A DNA stretch of 61,427 nt from Terriglobales bacterium (lineage in GTDB: Bacteria; Acidobacteriota; Terriglobia; Terriglobales; Acidobacteriaceae): contig JAMXLI010000006.1 in assembly GCA_024281115.1 (NCBI GenBank), forward strand, positions 1 to 61,427, read 5' to 3'. A model generated the notes under the pieces. It was not told the DNA's origin, ran no database searches, and saw nothing but the letters and a program-made list of their open reading frames with translations. Below, in pieces: positions 28,242 through 36,760 of the stretch; the stretch's first letter is position 1; every line of letters starts with the position of its first letter. Position numbers and translations under genes: made by a program.

Positions 28242-30311
28242 ATGAAAGACACCGCGGAAGGCGATGGCGCCGTACATCGCCCGGGATTGTGGAAACTGAC
28301 GCTGGCGGCAAGCCTGTTGCTGGTCGCATGGGTCGCCGCTCCGGCGCTGGCCGCGCCGCGGGTAAACCCAGTCCCGGCCAAGCTCACCAGCGCGGATTGT
28401 CTTGCCTGCCACAATGACGCCACCCTGAGCAAGGACGTGAATGGCAAGGCCGAGAGCCTGTACGTCAACGAAACGCAGTTTGCAGGTTCCATTCACGGCG
28501 TTCTCAGCTGCACCGACTGTCACGCGGATGTGAAGGCGGTCCCGCACGAGAGCGCGCCGGCGAAGCCCAATTGCAGCTCCTGTCACGCCGAGCAGCAAGC
28601 TTCCTACGATCACGGAATTCATGCGCAGGCGCTGAAGCAGGGAGATGGCAAGGCGGCGGGCTGCGTGGATTGCCACGGGAGCCCGCACGGCATCCTGGCC
28701 GCGTCCGACCCAAAATCGCAAGTGCATCGTTCCCGAATTCCCGCGACCTGCGGCTCCTGCCACGGGCAGAAGTTTGTGATGGCGGCGAGCGGCCACAGCT
28801 CGCAAACCTACGTCTCCTACCAGGAAAGCGTGCACGGCCGTGCGGTGGCGGCAGGTTCGAAAACGGCGGCCGTGTGCACCGATTGCCACAACGCGCACAA
28901 CATCCTGCGCGCCAGCGACCCGCAATCGCCGATCTTCAAGTTCAACGTGCCCGCCACCTGCGCCCGCTGCCACGGGACGGCAAAGGCGGAGTACGTGCAA
29001 AGCATCCATGGCCAGGCGGTGGCGCGCGGCAACTGGCAGGCGCCGGTGTGCACCGACTGCCACGGCATTCACTCCATCAAGTCTCATGTTGACCCGCAGT
29101 CCTCGGTGGCCGCCCAGGCCCTGGCCCGCACCACCTGCGCCCGTTGCCACGAGGGAGTGCGGCTGTCGCAAGAGTTCAGCATGCCCGACCGCCGGGCCAC
29201 TACCTATCTGGAGAGCTATCACGGCCTGGCGTCCAAGCTGGGTTCGAACGTGGTAGCCAATTGCGCCAGCTGCCATGGCGTGCACAACATCCTGCCTTCT
29301 TCCGACCCGCGTTCCACCATCAGCCGCGCGCACCTGGTGGAGACCTGCGGAAAATGCCACCCGGGCGTGACCGAGAAGTTCGCGCTGGGCAAGGTGCATG
29401 TGGACGACCCGCTCTCCGCCGACTTCAGCAGCGTGGCCGTGCGCTGGGTGCGGCAGGCCTACGTGGGCATGATCCTGGCGGTGATCGGCGCCATGCTGCT
29501 GCACAACTTCCTGATCTGGCGGCGCAAGGCAGTGGAACGCCGCCGCCAGACGCCGGACCGCGTGGTGGTCCGGATGAGCGGCAACCAGCGCGCGCAGCAC
29601 CTGGTGCTGCTGCTCAGCTTCTTCGTGCTGGTGATCACGGGATTCGCGCTCAAGTATCCGGAATCGTGGTTTGCCGCCGGCCTAGGCATGGGAGAGAAGG
29701 CGCGCGGCGTCCTGCACCGGGTGGCGGCTGCGGCCCTGATCGCCGCGGGCTGCTACCACGTCCTCTACCTTGCGATCACAGGAGAAGGACGCAAGCTGAT
29801 TCGCGCCCTGGTTCCAGTGTTGCACGATGCTCGCGACCTCAGGGACACGATGCGCTACTACCTGGACGGCGGCGTTGCCCGGCCGCGCTACGCGCGCTTC
29901 AGCTATGCGGAAAAAATGGAGTACTGGGCGCTGGTTTGGGGCATGCTGGTGATGGCCAGCACGGGTGTGATGTTGTGGGCCAAGGTCACGTTCGGCCACT
30001 TCCTGCCCCGCTGGTTGTTCGATGTGGCCACTGCCGTGCACTTTTATGAAGCCATTCTGGCGACCCTGGCCATTGTCGTCTGGCATTTCTACCAGGTGTT
30101 CTTCGATCCCGACGTGTACCCGATGAATTGGGCGTGGTTCGACGGCAAGATGTCGCTGCACCACTACCGCGAGGAGCACGCTCTCGATCCGGCCATCCCG
30201 CTTGCGGCCAGTCCCGCGGAGACGGTGAGCGTGGCTTCCGGCGACTCGCCGGAGAAAGAGGAAGAAGAAACGGGGGAGCAGGAGGAAGAACTGACTGCTT
30301 CCCGGCCCTGA
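28242..30311 (+). CDS. Inner-membrane fusion cytochrome: periplasmic 11-haem c domain plus FdnI/HydC-type b-cytochrome membrane domain (CbcL-like architecture)
   Basis: Signal peptide, then 11 CxxCH sites (CLACH, CTDCH, CSSCH, CVDCH, CGSCH, CTDCH, CARCH, CTDCH, CARCH, CASCH, CGKCH) with paired-CXXCH periodicity. It continues with ~5 TM helices carrying conserved His (QHLVLL, LHRVAA, AVHFYE, VWHFY) and an acidic tail. A GGGGAGG RBS precedes the ATG at 28242. Confidence 0.85.
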   Translation: MKDTAEGDGAVHRPGLWKLTLAASLLLVAWVAAPALAAPRVNPVPAKLTSADCLACHNDATLSKDVNGKAESLYVNETQFAGSIHGVLSCTDCHADVKAVPHESAPAKPNCSSCHAEQQASYDHGIHAQALKQGDGKAAGCVDCHGSPHGILAASDPKSQVHRSRIPATCGSCHGQKFVMAASGHSSQTYVSYQESVHGRAVAAGSKTAAVCTDCHNAHNILRASDPQSPIFKFNVPATCARCHGTAKAEYVQSIHGQAVARGNWQAPVCTDCHGIHSIKSHVDPQSSVAAQALARTTCARCHEGVRLSQEFSMPDRRATTYLESYHGLASKLGSNVVANCASCHGVHNILPSSDPRSTISRAHLVETCGKCHPGVTEKFALGKVHVDDPLSADFSSVAVRWVRQAYVGMILAVIGAMLLHNFLIWRRKAVERRRQTPDRVVVRMSGNQRAQHLVLLLSFFVLVITGFALKYPESWFAAGLGMGEKARGVLHRVAAAALIAAGCYHVLYLAITGEGRKLIRALVPVLHDARDLRDTMRYYLDGGVARPRYARFSYAEKMEYWALVWGMLVMASTGVMLWAKVTFGHFLPRWLFDVATAVHFYEAILATLAIVVWHFYQVFFDPDVYPMNWAWFDGKMSLHHYREEHALDPAIPLAASPAETVSVASGDSPEKEEEETGEQEEELTASRP

Positions 30312-30341
30312 GGCTTTGAGGCACAATTCACCCGGTCATCT

Positions 30342-31877
30342 ATGAACAACCCACACGACGCGCCGCCGGTTGGGGGAAATGGCAGGTTGAGGGCGCATTT
30401 GCGCCATCCGATCACCTTGATCGGCGCGGCCCTCGCCCTGGTCAGCCTGGCCAACATCCTCTTCCTGTTTCTGATTGACCTCTTTTCCGTCCAGTCGAGC
30501 CCGTACATCGGGATCCTGGCCTACATGGTGCTGCCGGCCTTCCTGGTCGTGGGACTCATCATGATGCCCATCGGCATGTGGCTGGACCGGCGCCAGCGCC
30601 GTCGCCTGGGCCGCACTTCCGAGGAAAGCGTTTATCCCCGGCTGGATTTGAACGATGCCGGTCAGCGCAGCGTGCTTGGCTTCTTTTTCGCCTTCGTGAT
30701 CGTTTTCGTCATGTTGAGCGCGGTGGGCAGCTATCGCGCCTACGAGTACACCGACTCGGTGCAGTTCTGCGGCCAGCTCTGCCACTCGGTGATGAACCCG
30801 GAGTTCACCGCGTACCAGCTCTCCCCGCACGCGCGCGTCGCCTGCGTGGACTGCCACGTGGGCTCGGGCGCGAACTGGTATGTTCGCTCCAAGCTTTCGG
30901 GGGCGCGCCAGGTTTACGCCACCGCCTTCAAGCGCTTTCCCCGGCCTATTCCCACCCCGGTCGAGAACCTGCGTCCGGCGCAGGAAACCTGCGAACAGTG
31001 CCACTGGCCCAAGAAGTTTCACGGGGCGCAGCTGAAGGTGATCACCCACTTCGGGAGCGACGAAAAGAACACGCCCCGGCAGATCCGGCTCCTCATCAAA
31101 ACCGGCGGCGGAGATCCCACCGTCGGCATGGTCGCGGGCATTCACTGGCACATGAACATCGCCAACGAGATCTCCTACGTCACCACCGATGCCCGGCGGC
31201 AGAACATCCCTTACGTCCGCCTAAAAGACCTGCAGGGACGGGTGACGGAGTACAGGGCCAAAGACGCCTCCCTGAGCCCCGCCCAACTGGAGCGGCTGCC
31301 GCACCGGCGCATGGATTGCGTGGACTGCCACAATCGCCCCACGCACATCTATGTTCCCCCGGACCGGGCGGTGGACGAATCGCTCTTGGCGCGGCGCATT
31401 GACCCGGAGTTGCCCTTCGTCAAGCAGCAGGCGGTCGCCGCGCTTACCGCCAGCTACAACACCACCGATGCCGCCATGCAGGGGATCGCGACCGCCCTGC
31501 GGAATTTTTACAGCTCCAAATATCCAGACCTGGAAAACCGGAAGGGGCTGGAACTGCGTAATGCCGTCGCCGAGGTACAGAGAATCTATCGCTCGACCAC
31601 GTTTCCGGAGATGAAGCTGGACTGGCGGACCCATCCCAACAACGTCGGGCATTTTTACTTTGCCGGCTGTTTCCGCTGCCACGATGGGCAGCACGTCAGC
31701 CAGGAAGGACGCGTGATCAGCAAGGACTGCGAGATTTGCCACACCGTTCTGGGACAGGAGGAGGGCGGGACGCCGATTACGTCGGTGAAGGGCATGGCCT
31801 TCCAACATCCGGTGGACCTGGGCGACATTTCGCAGGCCACCTGCAGCGACTGCCATACCGGGGGAGCCAGCCCCTAG
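30342..31877 (+). CDS. Membrane-anchored NapC/NirT-like multihaem cytochrome c (6 CxxCH + 1 CxxxCH)
   Basis: Three N-terminal TM helices. The NapC-like core is FCGQLCHSVM...ACVDCHV...SKLSGARQVY. Further sites are CEQCH, CVDCH, CFRCH, CEICH and CSDCH. Confidence 0.8.
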   Translation: MNNPHDAPPVGGNGRLRAHLRHPITLIGAALALVSLANILFLFLIDLFSVQSSPYIGILAYMVLPAFLVVGLIMMPIGMWLDRRQRRRLGRTSEESVYPRLDLNDAGQRSVLGFFFAFVIVFVMLSAVGSYRAYEYTDSVQFCGQLCHSVMNPEFTAYQLSPHARVACVDCHVGSGANWYVRSKLSGARQVYATAFKRFPRPIPTPVENLRPAQETCEQCHWPKKFHGAQLKVITHFGSDEKNTPRQIRLLIKTGGGDPTVGMVAGIHWHMNIANEISYVTTDARRQNIPYVRLKDLQGRVTEYRAKDASLSPAQLERLPHRRMDCVDCHNRPTHIYVPPDRAVDESLLARRIDPELPFVKQQAVAALTASYNTTDAAMQGIATALRNFYSSKYPDLENRKGLELRNAVAEVQRIYRSTTFPEMKLDWRTHPNNVGHFYFAGCFRCHDGQHVSQEGRVISKDCEICHTVLGQEEGGTPITSVKGMAFQHPVDLGDISQATCSDCHTGGASP

Positions 31878-31911
31878 GCGCCGGGCGCGGCCGGCTGCCG
31901 ACCGGCGGAAT

Positions 31912-31927
31912 TGTGATGGCCGTCACA
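31912..31927. promoter_or_regulatory. CRP-consensus palindrome TGTGA-N6-TCACA (site 3)
   Basis: TGTGATGGCCGTCACA, centred ~106 nt upstream of the ATG at 32026. Confidence 0.5.
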
Positions 31928-32025
31928 GTCGCCGGTGATAATCATCCTCGCGGCTCCGAGGCCTCCCTTCTATTTTGAAGGTGCGGGCGGAGGCTGCATT
32001 GTGGCCTGCCCGGGGAGGGTTGCAG

Positions 32026-33256
32026 ATGCCGCAGGGCAACGGTGCAGCGAGCAAGGCAACGAGCCAGTTCGTTCCCCGCCTGATTTTCTGGGAAGTTACC
32101 AAGGGCTGCAACCTGCGTTGCATTCACTGCCGCGCCAGCGCCACCGAGCTCAGTTCGCCCACCGACCTCCCCACCAGCACGGCGCTCGGCGTGATTGACC
32201 AGATCGCCTCTTTTGCCAGCCCGATCCTGGTGCTGAGCGGCGGCGAGCCGTTGTATCGCTCCGACATCTTCCAGCTGGCGCGCTACGCCACCGATCGCGG
32301 GTTGCGTGTGGCGCTGGCCACCAACGGCACCCTGGTCACGAAAGAAGTAGCGCGCATGATCGTGGACTCGGGCGTGCGCCGCGTTTCCATTAGCCTGGAC
32401 GGGGCGGACGCCGTTACCCACGACGCTTTCCGCGGCATTCCCGGCGCGTTCGAGGCGGCGGTCCAGGGTCTGCGCAACCTGCGCGAGCGCGGGATGTCGG
32501 TGCAGCATGACCATCGCGCGCCACAATGCCAGCCAGTTGCCCGACGTGCTGGAACTGGCGCGTACGCTGGGCGCTGACGCATTGCATACGTTCCTGCTCG
32601 TGCCGGTGGGCTGCGGGGTGGACATTGCCGCCGAGCAGATGGTGGCCCCGGAAGAGTACGAGGCCATGCTCCACTGGTTCTACGATCGCTCGCTGGAAGG
32701 CGGCATTGAGCTGAAGGCCACCTGCGCCCCGCACTATTTCCGCGTGGTGCGCCAGCGCCGGGCCGAGGAGCGCCGCGCCGGCGGAACCTATGGCCACACG
32801 GCTGTGACCGCGCCCGCCAACGGTTCCGGTGGCATCGGCCCGGTGGAGATAACCATGCCGGGCGCTACCGGGATCAATCTGCGACCCTCGCCGGCAGCGC
32901 ACAGCGGGCATCCTGGAGGGCACCCCGGCGGGATGAATGCCATGACCAAGGGCTGCCTGGCGGGCACCGGCGTGTGCTTCATCTCACACCAGGGCGAAAT
33001 TTATCCCTGCGGCTACCTGCCGGTGCTGGCGGGCAGCTTGCAGCAGCAGAGCTTCGCGGAGATCTGGCAGCACGCCGCCGTTTTTGAGCAGCTCCGCGAA
33101 ACCGACAACCTGGAAGGGAAATGCGGCTGCTGCGAGTTCAAGAATGTGTGCATGGGATGCCGGGCGCGCGCCTTCGCCGCCACCGGGAATTTCCTGGCGG
33201 AAGAGCCCTTCTGTGTGTACGAACCGCGTGCAAAGGCCGGCACGCGGGGAGTTTAA
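32026..33256 (+). pseudogene. Radical SAM/SPASM enzyme of the AhbC/AhbD/NirJ (haem/haem d1 maturation) type, split by a +1 frameshift near 32503-32509
   Basis: The N-terminal half (FWEVTKGCNLRCIHC; ORF 31975..32577) and the C-terminal SPASM half (TIARHN..., CLAGTGVCFISHQGEIYPCGY, GKCGCCEFKNVCMGCRARAF; ORF 32507..33256) are in adjacent frames. Length is 3n+1. GGGGAGGG RBS. Confidence 0.75.
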
Positions 33257-33336
33257 GGATCGCGGCAGCCCACGAGCCTCGATGAAATGGAAGGGCGCCG
33301 TCTGGCCAGCGCCCTCGCCAAATGTACTTCCGGCGC

Positions 33337-33684
33337 TCAGTGGCGGCGCTGGGTCTCGCGCAACACGGTAGAGAAGGACCTTCCGCCAAAACTGAACGTG
33401 CTGGCGACGCGCCCCGTTACTGCCACCTTGGCGCCCTTGCTGGGCACGCCGTAGTTCTCGCTGAGCACCCACATTCTGCCGGTACCGTCGTCCACCTGAA
33501 ACATGCCGGTGCCCAAAGCACCGAATGTGCTCACCACGTTGCCCGCGATGGTGACTTCCTTGTTGGCGTACTTGCCGGGATCGCGCTGAATGTCGGCGAT
33601 GCTTTTGCGCGGCGGACAGCCAGTTAACAACACCACGCACGCCATCAGCGATAACACGGCCAGGGCCGCTGCCTTTCTGCTCAT
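33337..33684 (-). CDS. Lipoprotein, OB-fold (BOF/YgiW-like) hypothetical
   Basis: Lipobox MSRKAAALAVLSLMACVVLLTGC. The pattern KEVTIAGNVV...FQVDDGTGRMWV...GAKVAVTGRV resembles bacterial OB-fold proteins. Confidence 0.6.
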   Translation of the reverse strand: MSRKAAALAVLSLMACVVLLTGCPPRKSIADIQRDPGKYANKEVTIAGNVVSTFGALGTGMFQVDDGTGRMWVLSENYGVPSKGAKVAVTGRVASTFSFGGRSFSTVLRETQRRH

Positions 33685-33829
33685 GAAACCTCCGATCGCG
33701 GGGAGCGCGCGTTCCTGCTGGTGGGCGGCTCCGCCGTTTCTGTATAACCCCGTCCCAGGAACTTTGATGCGGGATAGCGGGTGCATAAAAGGTCGCGGCC
33801 CAGCGGGAGGCGGGAGTAATCTGGTAGGG

Positions 33830-34018
33830 ATGCCGGACACCGTCGTCGTGAGCGAGTGGGATGCCGAGCTTTTTCACCAGCGCGTGCTCGAGTTGGAAAG
33901 GGAAGGTTATGTGGCGCGACGGGAAAGTTACCGCATTACGGCGGAGATGAATCCCGAGACGGGTCTCGTGAGCCACGTCCACAGCATGGAGTTGTGGCGG
34001 GAAAGCGACGCGGGCTAG
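33830..34018 (+). CDS. Hypothetical small protein
   Basis: 62 aa starting MPDTVVVSEWDAELFHQRVLELEREGYVARRES.... GGGAGG lies upstream. Its stop overlaps the convergent M16 stop within the palindrome CTAG (34015-34018). Confidence 0.4.
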   Translation: MPDTVVVSEWDAELFHQRVLELEREGYVARRESYRITAEMNPETGLVSHVHSMELWRESDAG

Positions 34019-35292
34019 CAGGCGAGCTGGTCGCGCGAGATTTTCAGCCCGTTCAAGTTGCCTAGAACGGTGACTGCAATCCACTCCTGGCGGAAGAATT
34101 CTTCGGCGATGCGCTTCAAGTCCGGGGCTTCGACCGCCTCGATGTTCTCGATCAGCTCATCCAATCCGGCGAAGCGGTCGAAATACATTTCCTGCCGCGC
34201 CAGGTTCGACATGCGCGAGGTGCTCGATTCCAGTCCCAGCATCAAGCTGCCCTTGAGCTGGTCCTTGGCGCGCCGCAATTCGTCGGCCGGCACCAGCTCG
34301 GTTTTCAGCTTGCGCAGCTCGGCGACGATGGACTGCACCACCTTGGGCGCGGATTCCTTCGAGGTTCCCGCGTAGATGGAGAGGCAGCCGGTATCGCGGT
34401 AGGGATTCAGGTCGCTGTAGATGGCATAGACCAGGCCCTGGCGCTCGCGCACGTTCTGGAAAAGCCGCGAACTCATCCCGCCGCCCAGCACCGTGTTCAG
34501 GACGTAGGAGGAATAGCGCTTCTCGTGGGCAATGGGGTAGGCGGGCACCCCGACGCAGATCTGCACCTGCTCGAGCGCCTTCTTGTTGCGCATGATGATG
34601 CGCGAATTAGTGCGCGGCGGAGCGGTGTGATAGCCGTTCTGCACCGGTTTGAGGTGCTGGAATTTTTCCGCCACCAGGTCCACAAATTGCTTGTGGTTCA
34701 GGTGGCCGGCGGCGCAGATGACCATGTTGCTGGGATTGAAGCGCTGGCCCCAATAATCGAAGATCACCGGCTGCTCGAAGCGGCGCACGGTTTCCTTGGT
34801 CCCCAGGATGGGCTTGCCCAGGGGATGGTCCTTCCAGAAGTTCTGGGTGAAGATCTCGTGGACGAGGTAGTCGGGATTGTCCTCATCCATCTTGATCTCC
34901 TCCAGGATCACGCTGCGCTCGCGGGTGATGTCCTTGGTCTCAAAGACCGGGTTCAGCACCAGGTCGGAGAGCACGTCCATGGCGATCGGCAGGTGGTCAT
35001 CCAAAACCTTGATGTTGAAGCAGATGGTCTCCTTGGCGGTAAAGGCGTCCATGTTGCCGCCGATCGAGTCCACCTGGCGCGCGATGTCTTCGGCGCTCCG
35101 GTGCTTGGTGCCCTTGAACACCATGTGCTCGACGAAGTGGGAGATGCCGTTCCAGTGGGGGTCTTCGTCGCGCGACCCGCTCTTGATCCAGATCCCGATG
35201 GAAACCGAGCGGATGTGCTGCATCTCCTCGCTGATGACAACCAGGCCGTTGGGCAAAACGGCGCGTTCGATATTGCGGACTTCCTGAACCAT
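34015..35292 (-). CDS. M16 family (pitrilysin/insulinase-like) zinc peptidase
   Basis: 425 aa with the inverted zincin motif HFVEHMVFKGT. Confidence 0.9.
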   Translation of the reverse strand: MVQEVRNIERAVLPNGLVVISEEMQHIRSVSIGIWIKSGSRDEDPHWNGISHFVEHMVFKGTKHRSAEDIARQVDSIGGNMDAFTAKETICFNIKVLDDHLPIAMDVLSDLVLNPVFETKDITRERSVILEEIKMDEDNPDYLVHEIFTQNFWKDHPLGKPILGTKETVRRFEQPVIFDYWGQRFNPSNMVICAAGHLNHKQFVDLVAEKFQHLKPVQNGYHTAPPRTNSRIIMRNKKALEQVQICVGVPAYPIAHEKRYSSYVLNTVLGGGMSSRLFQNVRERQGLVYAIYSDLNPYRDTGCLSIYAGTSKESAPKVVQSIVAELRKLKTELVPADELRRAKDQLKGSLMLGLESSTSRMSNLARQEMYFDRFAGLDELIENIEAVEAPDLKRIAEEFFRQEWIAVTVLGNLNGLKISRDQLAC

Positions 35293-35493
35293 GGTGAGCG
35301 GCTACCCAGAAAGAGGAGGGCGGACGGAACTGCCGAGTACAAGCATCATTTTGACACAGGAGACCGCTCTTCGCATCTGCATACAACTCACCTGTTTTCT
35401 TTAACTTGCGGGAAATTCAGGGAAAACGGGACGAAAACCCCCTCCAACCCGGTTGGCCACCCATTTCAGTACAATTGGGGTGCAGCCGGAACG

Positions 35494-36606
35494 ATGAGAT
35501 GCATGCCGAGCAAATCACAACCAACTTTGTTAGGTCTTAGTATTCAAGAGCTTACCGAGATTGTGGACGAGAGCGGCGAGCCCGCTTATCGGGCCCGGCA
35601 GCTGTTTGAGGCGCTTTATCGCCAGCGAGTGCTCTCAATAGAGGCGGTCTCCACCTTTCCTACTGCATTGCGGGGTGAACTGGCGCGCCGTTTTGCCCTG
35701 GGAACGCCGCGCATCGCCGGCAGGTTCGCTTCTGGCGATGGAACCGTGCGCTACCTGGTGGGCTACGAAGATGGGGAGAGCGTCGAGACCGTGTGGATGC
35801 CGAACGGCGACGGCGGCGAAGCCGGCGACGGTTCCGCAGCGGGCGCCAGCGAAGAGACGGGAAGAACTCCCAGCCGGGGCACCATCTGCGTTTCCAGCCA
35901 GGTGGGATGCGCGGTGGATTGCAAGTTTTGCCTTACCGCGCTGCTGGGCGTACGACGCAACCTGACTGCGGGCGAGATTGTGGGCCAGGTGCTGGCGGTT
36001 CTGCATGATCAGCGGCTCGAGCCCGGACGTGACCGCATCAACCTGGTATTCATGGGGATGGGAGAGCCTTTCCTCAATTACGACAACTTCATGAAGGCGG
36101 TGCGCCTGCTGGCAGAGGGGGTGGGGATCGCGGAAGCGCGCATGACGGTCTCGACGGCCGGGGTTGTCCCGCGCATTCGCGACTTCGGGCAGGAGCCGGT
36201 ACGCCCCAAGCTGGCCATCTCCCTGAATGCGCCCACGCAGGAGTTGCGCAGCCGCCTGATGCCGATCACGCGCAAGTGGACGCTGGAGATGCTGCTGGCG
36301 GCGGCGCGGGAGTTTCCGCTGCGAACGCGCGAGCGGCTGACCTTCGAGTACGTCCTGCTTCGCGATGTCAACGATGACCGAGGAAATGCTCAAGCAGTCG
36401 TTGAGCTGCTACGCGGAATCCGGGCCAAGGTGAACCTGATTGCGCTGAACCCAGGGGCGGGAATCGAGTTCGCGATGCCGCAGCCGGAGCGGGTGCTCGC
36501 CTTCCAGGACGTGCTCATCCGGGCGGGCATTCCCACCTTCGTTCGTCGTCCCCGAGGGCGCGACATCTACGCCGCCTGCGGCCAGCTCAAGCGAACCGTC
36601 GCGTGA
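35494..36606 (+). CDS. rlmN: 23S rRNA (adenine2503-C2)/tRNA methyltransferase, radical SAM
   Basis: YRARQLFEALY at the N-terminus, VSSQVGCAVDCKFCLTA, MGMGEPFLN and a C-terminal AACGQL. It carries a Gly/Ala/Glu-rich insertion before the cluster motif. The track ORF 34525.. is an upstream read-through. Confidence 0.9.
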   Translation: MRCMPSKSQPTLLGLSIQELTEIVDESGEPAYRARQLFEALYRQRVLSIEAVSTFPTALRGELARRFALGTPRIAGRFASGDGTVRYLVGYEDGESVETVWMPNGDGGEAGDGSAAGASEETGRTPSRGTICVSSQVGCAVDCKFCLTALLGVRRNLTAGEIVGQVLAVLHDQRLEPGRDRINLVFMGMGEPFLNYDNFMKAVRLLAEGVGIAEARMTVSTAGVVPRIRDFGQEPVRPKLAISLNAPTQELRSRLMPITRKWTLEMLLAAAREFPLRTRERLTFEYVLLRDVNDDRGNAQAVVELLRGIRAKVNLIALNPGAGIEFAMPQPERVLAFQDVLIRAGIPTFVRRPRGRDIYAACGQLKRTVA

Positions 36607-36760
36607 ATCTTGCGCCGCGCCCGGTCCGATAAAAGAAGACAACCTCTTCCTGCCCCCTCGCAACTTTACGTGTTGATTCCCTGAACCGAGAACACCGGAC
36701 ACTCCCACTCTGGCGCGGCCGCGAAAGGTGCTGCCGCCCAGTTTTTCCTTAGGAGGAATG

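Noticed and set aside
28200-29600. 466-aa minus-strand ORF opposite the 11-haem cytochrome
   Set aside because: It is antisense to a gene with 11 in-frame CxxCH motifs and has no motifs of its own.
34525-35493. Upstream 323 codons of the 693-aa ORF containing rlmN
   Set aside because: This stretch is antisense to the M16 peptidase gene. The RlmN homology starts at the ATG at 35494.
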